From NCBI GenBank assembly GCA_001816655.1, contig MHCP01000015.1, positions 6,485-70,484 of the forward strand: DNA of 64,000 nucleotides, read 5' to 3'. Positions 27,801-36,712 of the stretch are shown here, in pieces. How positions within the stretch are numbered: position 1 is the stretch's first letter; every line of letters starts with the position of its first letter. The notes under the pieces are model-generated. The model ran no database searches, was not told the DNA's origin, and worked only from the letters and a program-made list of their open reading frames with translations. A program made the translations under genes and the position numbers. The stretch is from Candidatus Woykebacteria bacterium RBG_13_40_15. Lineage in GTDB: Bacteria; Patescibacteriota; Microgenomatia; Woykebacterales; RBG-16-39-9b.

Positions 27801-28884
27801 TTTTTCCATCAACCATATTTAATACACGGGCCCGCTTTTTAAATTCCGCTGTTAGAAGATCGAGGCTCGTGGTCGTAATTAATATCTGGCGTGCGCTAAT
27901 GTGAGTAAGGAGCAGCCCCCTGTTCTTTTCGTCAAGTTCGCTCGTAACATCGTCGAGAAGTATTACCGGAGGCTCGCCGAAAATTCGCGAAAAAAGCTGG
28001 GCTTGGGCAAGGTTCAATAAAATTATGGCTTGGCGTTTTTCTGCTCTGGAACCAAAGGGGCCTAAATCTTTCTCCAAAATTGATTGTCCTAACTCTTCCT
28101 CTACAACTAGTTTGAGGTCGTCTCTGTGTGGGCCAAAAGTAGTCATTATTAACCGCCGTTCTACACCTCGTTTATTTTTAAGGGCTCGTAAGAACTCTTT
28201 CTTACTTAGTCCCTCACTCTCTAGATTAATTGGGACCGTGTATTCAATACGAGCATTTTTTCCTATCGTTCCTTTTGAGATTTTATTTAGAATTCTATTT
28301 AAACTGCTTATTTCTTTTTCGCGCTCCTGCCAAAGTTTTATGCCGTACTTGGCAAGAAGCCTATCCCATGTTTCAAGTTGTTCCTCAGTCGCATTTCCAC
28401 CGGAGATTTTGAGAAGCTTGTTCCGATTAATCAGGGTTTTATTGTAATTAATCAAATTGAAAAGGTAACCTCGATTTATTGTTGCGATTAATTTGTCCAG
28501 CCAAACCCTTCTAGCGGCTGGTGGCCCTCCAATTAGTTCTATTTCTCCTGGGTGAAAAAGGACTGTTGCTAGCCTGCCCAAAAGATAAGTAGCTGGCTTT
28601 GTTTTATTATTGATTATTATCTTGGTTTCTCCCTCTCGGTAAAGGAATATACGAATACTACCCTTACTAGTCTCACCGAATATCTCAGCGTTACTCTCGT
28701 TCCAATTGATCGCCTCGCTTCTTGTTCCATGAAACGGTTTGCCATAAGAGAGCAAATAAACAGCCTCGATGAGGTTTGTTTTCCCCTGACCATTGCCTCC
28801 AACAACAATTGTTACTCCGCTACCCAATTGTAGGTCGGAAATATCTAGATTTCGGAAGTTTCTTATGGAAAGGGTTTTCAACAT
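27787..28884 (-). CDS. recF: DNA replication and repair protein RecF
   Basis: N-terminal LSIRNFRNL...IVVGGNGQGKTNLIEAV Walker A. SMC-like signature near the C-terminus. Confidence 0.85.
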   Translation of the reverse strand: MLKTLSIRNFRNLDISDLQLGSGVTIVVGGNGQGKTNLIEAVYLLSYGKPFHGTRSEAINWNESNAEIFGETSKGSIRIFLYREGETKIIINNKTKPATYLLGRLATVLFHPGEIELIGGPPAARRVWLDKLIATINRGYLFNLINYNKTLINRNKLLKISGGNATEEQLETWDRLLAKYGIKLWQEREKEISSLNRILNKISKGTIGKNARIEYTVPINLESEGLSKKEFLRALKNKRGVERRLIMTTFGPHRDDLKLVVEEELGQSILEKDLGPFGSRAEKRQAIILLNLAQAQLFSRIFGEPPVILLDDVTSELDEKNRGLLLTHISARQILITTTSLDLLTAEFKKRARVLNMVDGKIIEP

Positions 28885-29985
28885 TTAACTTTGCGGGCGG
28901 ACAGGCATGATTACAAAACTAAGATTCTTTTTGTCCCTGCCGCGGAAGATGGCAGCACTTGTACTTCCACTAAGGGACATCGTCATCTGCTCGTCCTTAA
29001 TAGCGGAGAGGCTCTCGAGCAGAAACCGCGAATTGAAAGCCAGGGTCATTTTTTCGCCATCAATATTAGCGTGCATCTCTGTCTCGGCATCTCCCACTTG
29101 GCTGGTGGCTCCTGTTAATTTAAGCTTTCCTGCGCCAAGCTCAATCTTAACTACATTACCAACATCTCGGGCAAACAAGGCCCCCAATTTTACAGCATTT
29201 ACCAGCGCTTTCGTGCTAACAGTCACTGTGGAGCAAAAGGCTGTTGGTATTATTTGTTCAAAACTTGGATAGGCTCCTTCTAGGAGTCTGCTTATAATAA
29301 TTAGGTTTCTAGTCTCAATTTTTGCCTGGTTTTTTTCTTTGTCAACAGATAGTTGCACCGTCTCGTCTTCTTGGTCGGCAACGGCTTTGACGGTTTCCTG
29401 AAGGGCTCTTGATGGGATTAATACCTCGAAATCACCAGAGCCTGTTATTTCATTTTTGCCTAGCCTGTAACCGTCCGTAGCGACAAAAACCAATTTACTA
29501 GCAGACCCTTTTATAAGTATCCCTGTTAGCACAGGGCGGCCTTCCTCAGCCGCCGCACAGAAAATAACCGAGGATACGGTATTTAAAAAGGTTTGCCTCT
29601 CCAATTCTAAGGTGGACGCGGATTCAAATGTAGTAACTTTCGGAAACTCGCTTGGGTTTATTGTGGAAAGGGTTGCTTTGGAGTCGCCCGACTCTAGTAA
29701 TACGCTATCCTTTACAGTTTTAATGGTGAGCTGCTCGTTTGTGGCGGCCTGACAAAAGTCAACCAAAAGTCTGGCAGGAACGGTAGTTTCTCCATTTTCC
29801 TCAATTTTTACACTCATTTGTTTTATGATTGTTGTTTCTAAATTGGTTCCGGTTATTTTAAGCATGCCGGAGTTTGCTTCCAGTAAAAGATTTCCCAATA
29901 CGGGTAAACTTAAACGTGTTGTTATTGCTTGTGAAACAAGAGACGCTGCCTTTAAAAGTGTTTCTCTGTTAGTGACTAACTTCAT
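28885..29985 (-). CDS. dnaN: DNA polymerase III beta sliding clamp
   Basis: 366 aa. N-terminus MKLVTNRETLLKAASLVSQAI...LPVLGNLLLEA is typical of DnaN. Sits between dnaA and recF. Confidence 0.85.
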   Translation of the reverse strand: MKLVTNRETLLKAASLVSQAITTRLSLPVLGNLLLEANSGMLKITGTNLETTIIKQMSVKIEENGETTVPARLLVDFCQAATNEQLTIKTVKDSVLLESGDSKATLSTINPSEFPKVTTFESASTLELERQTFLNTVSSVIFCAAAEEGRPVLTGILIKGSASKLVFVATDGYRLGKNEITGSGDFEVLIPSRALQETVKAVADQEDETVQLSVDKEKNQAKIETRNLIIISRLLEGAYPSFEQIIPTAFCSTVTVSTKALVNAVKLGALFARDVGNVVKIELGAGKLKLTGATSQVGDAETEMHANIDGEKMTLAFNSRFLLESLSAIKDEQMTMSLSGSTSAAIFRGRDKKNLSFVIMPVRPQS

Positions 29986-30090
29986 TTTTATTACTTAATA
30001 TTAATAATAGTCGTAGTAATAGAGGCAGAAAAAAGTAAATTTTATACTACAACAAGCAGGGGAAAGGTTTGTGGAAAAACGCAAAAGTTA
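29986..30090. promoter_or_regulatory. candidate oriC segment (dnaA-dnaN intergenic, AT-rich with DnaA-box-like TGTGGAAAA)
   Basis: AT-rich TTAATATTAATAATAG plus a one-mismatch DnaA box. Position is classic between dnaA and dnaN. Confidence 0.35.
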
Positions 30091-31452
30091 TTAACCACCA
30101 AGGGCCTTATCCTTGACCTCTGCAACTATTCTACCAATTTCCCCATCCTTTTCCACTAGGTTTTCCACCTTGCTGACAGAATAAATTACCGTGGTGTGGT
30201 CCCTACCCCCTAAAAGAGAGGCGATCTCGTTAAAAGAAAGCCCCACCTCAGTGCGTAGTAAGTACATTGCTACTTGCCGGGGAAAAACACACTCTTTGCC
30301 CCTTTTTACGCCCCGTAAGTCCGATAAACTAAGAGAGAAAAACCTAGCTATTTCGGCCAATATTTCTTCCGCGGAGGGCTTCTTTGGGGGATCCAAATTA
30401 ATTGAGTTTTTTACGAGCTCCTCATTTATAGCTCGTCCAGTAAGCTTTGCAATAGCAAGCAACCGTAGTAATCCACCCTCCAAAGACCGAACGCTTGGGC
30501 CTAAACGCTCCGCCATAAAGCGAATTGTGGGAAAATCTATTGAAGCCCCTTCCGAATGCGCCTTTGCCAGCAGAATTGCCTCTCTTAGTTCCAGGTCGGG
30601 GGTTTCTATCTTGACTACCATACCACCAGAAAACCTGTTTCTCAACCGCTCATGTAGATTTGAAAGTTGTGCTGGATCACGATCGCAACAAAGAATAATC
30701 TGTTTACCACGACCGTGCAGATGATTAAAAGTGTGAAAAAATTCTTCTTGAGTGCTTTCTCTCCCAGCTATAAACTGAATATCATCAATAAGCAAGAGAT
30801 CCACGGCCCGATATTTGGCCCGAAAATCTACAGTTTGCCGTTTTTGAATAGCTTCAATCATATCGTTGGTAAAAGTCTCGCTTGAGGAATAAATTACCCG
30901 GCTAGGGTTTCGGCGAAGAATTACTCCCTGGCCAATCGCCTGCAGGAGGTGGGTCTTTCCCACCCCAACCCCACCGTAGATTAAAAGCGGATTGTAACGC
31001 TCAAAGGGGGAGTCGACAACGGCTTTGGCAACAGCGTAAGCAAGTTGATTAGATTGGCCGACGATAAAATCTGCGAACGAATATTTTGGATTTATATTGG
31101 AAACAACCAAGGACTCCTTGATTGTTGAGGAAGCAGCGTCCTCAAACAAAGGTATGGCCAGCTCCGGATTTTTCGGCTCCTTCACTTTTGGCGCCTCAAG
31201 CCCTTTTGCGGAAACCGTGAAGACTAAGGTCGCAGATGCCCCGGAGATACGCTCAACAATTTCCTTTATTTGCCCTAAGTATCGTTCTTCAATCCATGTT
31301 TTATTGTATGGGCTAGAGCAACCAATTTCCACAACACCGTCCTTGAGAGACAATACTCCAGTCTTGCCCTTAAACCAAGTTTGAAAGTTGGCGGCGGACA
31401 ATGTTAATTGTAATTCAGTTAAAACCGATTCCCAAAGGGATTTTTCATCCAT
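30091..31452 (-). CDS. dnaA: chromosomal replication initiator DnaA
   Basis: AAA+ Walker A GGVGVGKTHLLQAIG, Walker B LLLIDDIQF, and a C-terminal DNA-binding domain (HTTV). Confidence 0.9.
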   Translation of the reverse strand: MDEKSLWESVLTELQLTLSAANFQTWFKGKTGVLSLKDGVVEIGCSSPYNKTWIEERYLGQIKEIVERISGASATLVFTVSAKGLEAPKVKEPKNPELAIPLFEDAASSTIKESLVVSNINPKYSFADFIVGQSNQLAYAVAKAVVDSPFERYNPLLIYGGVGVGKTHLLQAIGQGVILRRNPSRVIYSSSETFTNDMIEAIQKRQTVDFRAKYRAVDLLLIDDIQFIAGRESTQEEFFHTFNHLHGRGKQIILCCDRDPAQLSNLHERLRNRFSGGMVVKIETPDLELREAILLAKAHSEGASIDFPTIRFMAERLGPSVRSLEGGLLRLLAIAKLTGRAINEELVKNSINLDPPKKPSAEEILAEIARFFSLSLSDLRGVKRGKECVFPRQVAMYLLRTEVGLSFNEIASLLGGRDHTTVIYSVSKVENLVEKDGEIGRIVAEVKDKALGG

Positions 31453-31661
31453 AAGTGCGCATTAAATTAGGCAGGAGACATCAGGAAAAGCTAGCCCTCG
31501 AGATTAGGGGCCCTACTATAATAGCAAGCGGGTTTAAGGAGCGGTCAAGATACTAAAAATATAGCAAACTAGATCGCCCACTTTTTATGAGGCTAAAAAC
31601 TATTTTCGAATTGACAAACCGAGTTTGGGGCCATATACTCTAACAGAAAAATTGAGGACAA

Positions 31662-31799
31662 ATGCCTAAACGAACATATCAGCCAAAGAAATTAAAAAGA
31701 AAAAAGAAACACGGTTTCCTATCAAAGATGGCAAATAAAAGTGGTAGGTCAGTTATAAGTAAACGCCGCTTAAAGGGGCGTAGACGGCTCGCGATCTAA
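31662..31799 (+). CDS. rpmH: 50S ribosomal protein L34
   Basis: 45-aa [48 protein letters not shown]. Not in the ORF track because it is under 60 aa. Immediately upstream of rnpA. Confidence 0.9.
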   Translation: MPKRTYQPKKLKRKKKHGFLSKMANKSGRSVISKRRLKGRRRLAI

Positions 31800-31801
31800 T
31801 T

Positions 31802-32134
31802 ATGCTACCGGAAAAATTTAGATTAAAGATAGGCCAGAGTAATTATCGTAATTGGGTTGGAAAAAAAGAAGTCTACACGCCACTTTTTAAATTGATTTAT
31901 AGAAAAAAGGTAAGCCGGTCTGATACAAAAATTGGTTTCGTTGTCACTGGAAAAATTGGAAAAGCCACAAAGCGAAATAAAATTCGTAGATGGCTATCCG
32001 AAGTGGTTAAAGACAGCATCGAAAGATTCCCAAAAGGAACGGAAGCGGTATTTATAGTTTCAATACCAAAGGAAGAAATTACGTATGAAAAAATTGTTGA
32101 CTGGGTCGATAAAATTTTACCAAGAATTTATTAG
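31802..32134 (+). CDS. rnpA: RNase P protein component
   Basis: 110 aa, basic, with an RnpA-like FVVTGKIGKATKRNKIRRWLSE. Canonical position after rpmH. Confidence 0.8.
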   Translation: MLPEKFRLKIGQSNYRNWVGKKEVYTPLFKLIYRKKVSRSDTKIGFVVTGKIGKATKRNKIRRWLSEVVKDSIERFPKGTEAVFIVSIPKEEITYEKIVDWVDKILPRIY

Positions 32135-32309
32135 CCTATTTCTTAAACTAGGCTTCCCTGCAGGAAGATGTCGTTATAGGCCAACCTGTTCGGAATACAC
32201 AAAGAGGGCAATTGAAAAATTCGGGCCATTAAGAGGAGTTGGCCTTGGCCTTAAACGGATTGTTAAATGCAACCCCTTTTCGGTCGGGGGGTTTGATCCC
32301 ATACCATGA
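32085..32309 (+). CDS. yidD: membrane protein insertion efficiency factor YidD
   Basis: CRYRPTCSEYTKRAIEKFGPLRGVGLGLKRIVKCNPF is the YidD signature. Confidence 0.85.
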   Translation: MKKLLTGSIKFYQEFISLFLKLGFPAGRCRYRPTCSEYTKRAIEKFGPLRGVGLGLKRIVKCNPFSVGGFDPIP

Positions 32310-33034
32310 TTAATTTTTTTGTTGATATACTACTTGGTTTAAATAGGCTCCTTTTCAACAATCTTGGATTGACTATTATCGTTGTTGGTATTTTATCCAG
32401 AGCAGTCTTCCACCCATTTATAATTTCCAGTCTAAGATACAACAAAGCTCTTCGCGATTTAAAACCACAATTAGATAGCATAAAGAAAAAGTACGGTAAA
32501 GATATTAGAAAGGTTTCGGAGGAGCAGTCCAAGCTTTTTCGAGCGTCTGGGGTACATCCCGCGGCCGGTGCAATAAGCTGTTTGAGTACCATAACTCAGA
32601 TAGTCGTTTTTATTATTTTGTACCAAGCTTTAATAAAAGTAATTTCCTCCGGGGTTCAGACGAGCTTCCTTTTATGGAATTTAGCCAACCCAGACGTTTA
32701 TCATATTCAAGGCGTGCCGATTCCTATACCAGGGCTGTTAGTAATACTTTCAGCATTCGGAACTCTTATCCAATCACAAATGCTTACGCCAGAGACTAAG
32801 AAGGCCCCGCCTAAGAAGGGGGAAAAGGGGGATATCTCAGACGATTTAATGGCTTGGCAACAACAAACGATGTTTATATTCCCAATTATAATTTTGTTAA
32901 TTGGACTCCGATTTCCTGCTGGGCTTGTTTTGTACTGGGCTATTAGCACTCTTTACGGTATAATTCAGCAGTATCAGGCAAGTGGCTTAGGAGGACTAAA
33001 ATTATGGCTAGCAAGTCTACCGATAAAAAAATAG
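32306..33034 (+). CDS. yidC: YidC/Oxa1-family membrane insertase (short form)
   Basis: 242 aa with 5 TM helices and conserved YidC core. Canonical position after yidD. Confidence 0.75.
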   Translation: MINFFVDILLGLNRLLFNNLGLTIIVVGILSRAVFHPFIISSLRYNKALRDLKPQLDSIKKKYGKDIRKVSEEQSKLFRASGVHPAAGAISCLSTITQIVVFIILYQALIKVISSGVQTSFLLWNLANPDVYHIQGVPIPIPGLLVILSAFGTLIQSQMLTPETKKAPPKKGEKGDISDDLMAWQQQTMFIFPIIILLIGLRFPAGLVLYWAISTLYGIIQQYQASGLGGLKLWLASLPIKK

Positions 33035-33483
33035 AAAAGGAAGCCAAGGAAATTTGTTTAAAGACGCTTTCCTTACTTGGGTTTGATTTAACTCCAAAGA
33101 TAACAAAAGAAGAAGGAGCAATACACATCGATATAGAGGGGGAGGATCTTGGTTTATTGATCGGGCAGCACGGATCTAACCTCGAGAGTCTCCAACTTTT
33201 AATTGGAATTGCAATTAATAAGAAAGTATCCAGTGGGAAATGGATACCGGTTCTAATTGATGTTGGGGGGTGGCGTAAACAGCGGGAGGAAGCCATCAAG
33301 GCCTTAGTGGAAAGAGCAGCCGAGAAAGTTTCAATGGGCGACTCTAAAGCAGAACTTCCCCCCATGTCCCCCGCCCAAAGGAGAGTAGCGCACATTTTTG
33401 TTTCTGAACAAAAAGGGTATGTAAGTGAATCTGTTGGGGTAGGAGAGGATCGAAGAGTAGTTATAAGAAAAGAAAATGGCTGA
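33004..33483 (+). CDS. jag: Jag/KhpB-like RNA-binding protein (KH + R3H domains)
   Basis: KH-like LLIGQHGSNLESLQLLI and R3H-like C-terminus. Canonical position after yidC. Confidence 0.7.
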   Translation: MASKSTDKKIEKEAKEICLKTLSLLGFDLTPKITKEEGAIHIDIEGEDLGLLIGQHGSNLESLQLLIGIAINKKVSSGKWIPVLIDVGGWRKQREEAIKALVERAAEKVSMGDSKAELPPMSPAQRRVAHIFVSEQKGYVSESVGVGEDRRVVIRKENG

Positions 33484-33922
33484 AAATAATAGAAGCTTAA
33501 AGGTTTTTTGTGATGGCGGGGCGCGAGGAAACCCCGGCCCTGGAGCAGCAGCATGTATAATAACCGATCCTGCGGGGAAAAAGCGTTTTTTATGCGGGAA
33601 ATATTTAAGTTGGGCTACCAACAACCAGGCAGAATACGGGGCGGTAAGACTAGCCCTAAAGGTAATAAAAGAAAACTATAAAAAACGCGTAGATGTAAAC
33701 TTTTTCTTGGATTCAGACTTAGTCGTTAATCAATTATCCGGATTATTTAAAGTTAAAAACGCGGCCTTGAGGAGTATTTTATTTGAAATAAGGACGATGG
33801 AAGTTTCCCTAGGAAAGGTTTATTATAAACGTGTTCCAAGAGAAGAAAACGAGGAAGCAGATCGGCTAGTAAATAAGGTTATTGATGAAAAGAAAGATTT
33901 GAGGGAGACTGCTTCTATTTAA
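33476..33922 (+). CDS. rnhA: ribonuclease HI-like protein
   Basis: FCDGGARGNPGPGAAACII...NNQAEYGAVRLAL...EEADRL. Shows the RNase H fold motifs DGG...E...D. Confidence 0.7.
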   Translation: MAENNRSLKVFCDGGARGNPGPGAAACIITDPAGKKRFLCGKYLSWATNNQAEYGAVRLALKVIKENYKKRVDVNFFLDSDLVVNQLSGLFKVKNAALRSILFEIRTMEVSLGKVYYKRVPREENEEADRLVNKVIDEKKDLRETASI

Positions 33923-33924
33923 AA

Positions 33925-35559
33925 ATGGAAACTGCCACGGAAGGACAAAAACTAGAGTTTAAAAATTTTGAAAACAAGCCGACGGCCTTAGTAGCTGGTG
34001 GTGCAGGCTTTTTAGGATCATATCTCTGTGAGGCTTTAATCGCTCAGGGCTTCAACGTACTTTGTGTTGATAATTTAGCACGAAGTTCAAAAAAGAATAT
34101 TGAAAAGCTTCTCTCCTTTCCCAACTTCTTTTTTTGGGAAGAGGACATAAACCGAGCTGGTTTTACAATCTCACCTAATGTCAAAATAACCCATATTTTT
34201 CACCTTGCAAGCGTTGAGGAATACCTGTCCTCAAATAACCTTTCCCTAGAAACTTTATTGGTTAATTCCATCGGGACAAAAAATCTGCTGGACGTAGCTG
34301 TTCAAAAAAAAGCAAAATTTATTTTTGTTTCTTCGTCGGAAGTCTTCCGTGGAGCCTTTTCTCAAAAGAACCTATCAATTTACTTTGGAAAGGAAGCTGG
34401 TACAACACACCTTACTTTCGGAGAGGCGAAAAGGTTTTCCGAAACCCTAGCCGCCGAGTATTTCAATAAATTCGACCTCCCCGTAGTTATAGTTCGAATT
34501 AAAGATCCTTACGGGCCTAAAATGAATCTGTCCTCAGACAATATAGTGTCAAAGTCTATTAGCCAGGCAATTAAAGGAAAGATTGAGATAATAGGAGATG
34601 GTTTAAGAGTAGCTAATCCTACCTTTGTTACCGATATAATTTTCGGGATCGTAAAGGCGGCGATTAAGGGCGAGAAGGGAGAGATCTTTAATTTAATTAG
34701 TCGAGAAAGATGTACAGAACGAGCCCTCGCGGAGCATTTAAAAAAGCTTTTTGGCGGGGTAGAAGTTGTTTATAAAGAGCAGAAAGAATTAGATCTGCCA
34801 GAGTCTCCCCTGATTTTAGACGATGCTCAAGGAAAGCTAAATTGGGATCCAAAGGTCCCGTTGGACGATGGGCTTGTTCAAACAGTTAATTTTTATAAGG
34901 TGGGGGGTACCGAAAATAAGGAAGAAAAGAATGTACCGAGTAACCCAATAGTCCCCCCAGTAGAGTTAACTGGGAAAAAAGGATTTGACAAAAACTTTTT
35001 AAGGAATTTATTTTTAGGTGCTATTTTGGTGCTGTTTTTATGGGCAACAGCCGTTCCAATTATAACTTCAGCAGCAAGCTACTATTTAGGTAATAAAAAT
35101 TTCAATAGTGCCCTGGAAGAACTTAAGCAGGATAAAACCGATAATGCAGTAGCTCACGCCGAAAAAGCTGAAAATTTCTACAAACGTAGTCAGGAATCCT
35201 TGCAAAATATCTCTTGGCTTCTAACCGCGACCAATTTAAAAGGGACCTTACAGCAAACGAGCAATTACCTTTTCCTAGCGGAGACCCTTTCTAGAGCAGT
35301 AAATTTCGAAAGTAAAAGCATAGGCAATATTAACGATGCCTCTAGCGCAGACGGTGAAAAGCTAAAAGAAGATTTAAAAAAAGCCATAGAAAACATCACA
35401 GAGGCAGACAAAAATATTGATGTAGCATCCACAATAAGTATTGATGCAAGAAAACTGCCAGCCTTCTTGAATAAAGACTATCAAACGCTTCAGGAAAAAA
35501 GGCAGACACTGGAAAGCCTTTCTGAAACAATTAACTCAAATTTAGAAAGCACACAGTGA
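33925..35559 (+). CDS. NAD-dependent epimerase/dehydratase (UDP-sugar decarboxylase-like) fused to C-terminal TM/coiled-coil extension
   Basis: Rossmann LVAGGAGFLGSYLCEALIAQGFNVLCVDNL. The catalytic domain spans about 330 aa, followed by a TM helix and a roughly 180-aa coiled-coil tail. Confidence 0.6.
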   Translation: METATEGQKLEFKNFENKPTALVAGGAGFLGSYLCEALIAQGFNVLCVDNLARSSKKNIEKLLSFPNFFFWEEDINRAGFTISPNVKITHIFHLASVEEYLSSNNLSLETLLVNSIGTKNLLDVAVQKKAKFIFVSSSEVFRGAFSQKNLSIYFGKEAGTTHLTFGEAKRFSETLAAEYFNKFDLPVVIVRIKDPYGPKMNLSSDNIVSKSISQAIKGKIEIIGDGLRVANPTFVTDIIFGIVKAAIKGEKGEIFNLISRERCTERALAEHLKKLFGGVEVVYKEQKELDLPESPLILDDAQGKLNWDPKVPLDDGLVQTVNFYKVGGTENKEEKNVPSNPIVPPVELTGKKGFDKNFLRNLFLGAILVLFLWATAVPIITSAASYYLGNKNFNSALEELKQDKTDNAVAHAEKAENFYKRSQESLQNISWLLTATNLKGTLQQTSNYLFLAETLSRAVNFESKSIGNINDASSADGEKLKEDLKKAIENITEADKNIDVASTISIDARKLPAFLNKDYQTLQEKRQTLESLSETINSNLESTQ

Positions 35560-35616
35560 ATTAGGAGTCTAGTGGCTCCTTGCGTAAGAACAAGCCTTTT
35601 GTTAAACTAACCCCCG

Positions 35617-35970
35617 ATGGATAAAGAAGTTTTCAAGCAGTTTAAGCAGCATTTCGGAGAGGAATGGTCCTGTAATTGCGGAAGTTCCTTTGAGTCAGAG
35701 TGGTTAGAAATTATGGCGCAGACTGATAATTCCCTTCTCGCAAGATATAATTGTCAGGTTTGTGGTGGAGAGCAATTTTTTGCTGTCGGCGTTTCGGCTG
35801 GGGACAAACTAAACAAAGAGATAACGGAAGTTCCAATGGCCGCAATTTCGAGCGATGATGCGCTAGATATAAAATCAGAGATTTCCAAATTGACTTTTAA
35901 ACAAATTAGAGCCTTGGGGCGAAGGAAGGTAATAGCTAAAACATCAATACAGAAACCGACAAGGGGCTAA
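35617..35970 (+). CDS. hypothetical zinc-ribbon protein
   Basis: CNCG...CQVCGG Cys pairs. 117 aa. Confidence 0.3.
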   Translation: MDKEVFKQFKQHFGEEWSCNCGSSFESEWLEIMAQTDNSLLARYNCQVCGGEQFFAVGVSAGDKLNKEITEVPMAAISSDDALDIKSEISKLTFKQIRALGRRKVIAKTSIQKPTRG

Positions 35971-36007
35971 ATTGTTGTATTGACGAGGCCTTTATAATGA
36001 TTCTTGC

Positions 36008-36712
36008 ATGGAAAAAATAAAAATAACAGTAGAGCCAAGAACGATCTTAGGTAAAAAAATAAAGAAACTTAGAAAAGTTGGTATTTTGCCTGCAAATTTA
36101 TTTGGAAAAGACATAAAGTCAAAATCAATTCAACTATCAAGTAAGGATTTTAAGAGATCTTATAAAGAGGCAGGCGAAACCGGAATAGTTGAAGTAAAGT
36201 TAAAGGACGAAGCCTATTCAGCCTTGATACACGATGTTCAATACGATCCCGTAACAGGCGAAGCAATTCACGCCAATTTTCACAGGGTTAATTTAAAGGA
36301 GAAAATTACTGCTAATGTGCCCATTAAGCTTGAGGGAGAATCCCCTGCAGAAAAAACAGGAATTGGGCTTATTTTGCAAACCCTGGACGAACTAGAGATT
36401 GAAAGTCTCCCAACGGATATCCCACACGAAATTACTGTTGATATTTCAAATCTTTCTGAAATAGGTCAGACGATTCATGTAAAAGATCTAAAGATTGAAA
36501 AGGACAAAATAGAAGTTAAAAATGACCCTGAAGAAGTCGTTGTTTCAGTTCAGACAGCAGAAATGAAGGAGGAGGTTGTTGAAGAAGCCCCAACCCCCGA
36601 AGAGGTAGAAGCGATTGAGGAAAAGGGTGAAGAAACTCTTGAGGGTGAAGAGGGGGAAAAGACGGAAGAAAAAGAGAAGGAGAAAGAACAATCCTCAGAA
36701 CAAAAGACCTAA
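36008..36712 (+). CDS. rplY: 50S ribosomal protein L25/general stress protein Ctc (long form with acidic tail)
   Basis: N-terminal KITVEPRTILGKKIKKLRKVGILPANLFGK and a Glu-rich C-terminal extension. Confidence 0.75.
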   Translation: MEKIKITVEPRTILGKKIKKLRKVGILPANLFGKDIKSKSIQLSSKDFKRSYKEAGETGIVEVKLKDEAYSALIHDVQYDPVTGEAIHANFHRVNLKEKITANVPIKLEGESPAEKTGIGLILQTLDELEIESLPTDIPHEITVDISNLSEIGQTIHVKDLKIEKDKIEVKNDPEEVVVSVQTAEMKEEVVEEAPTPEEVEAIEEKGEETLEGEEGEKTEEKEKEKEQSSEQKT

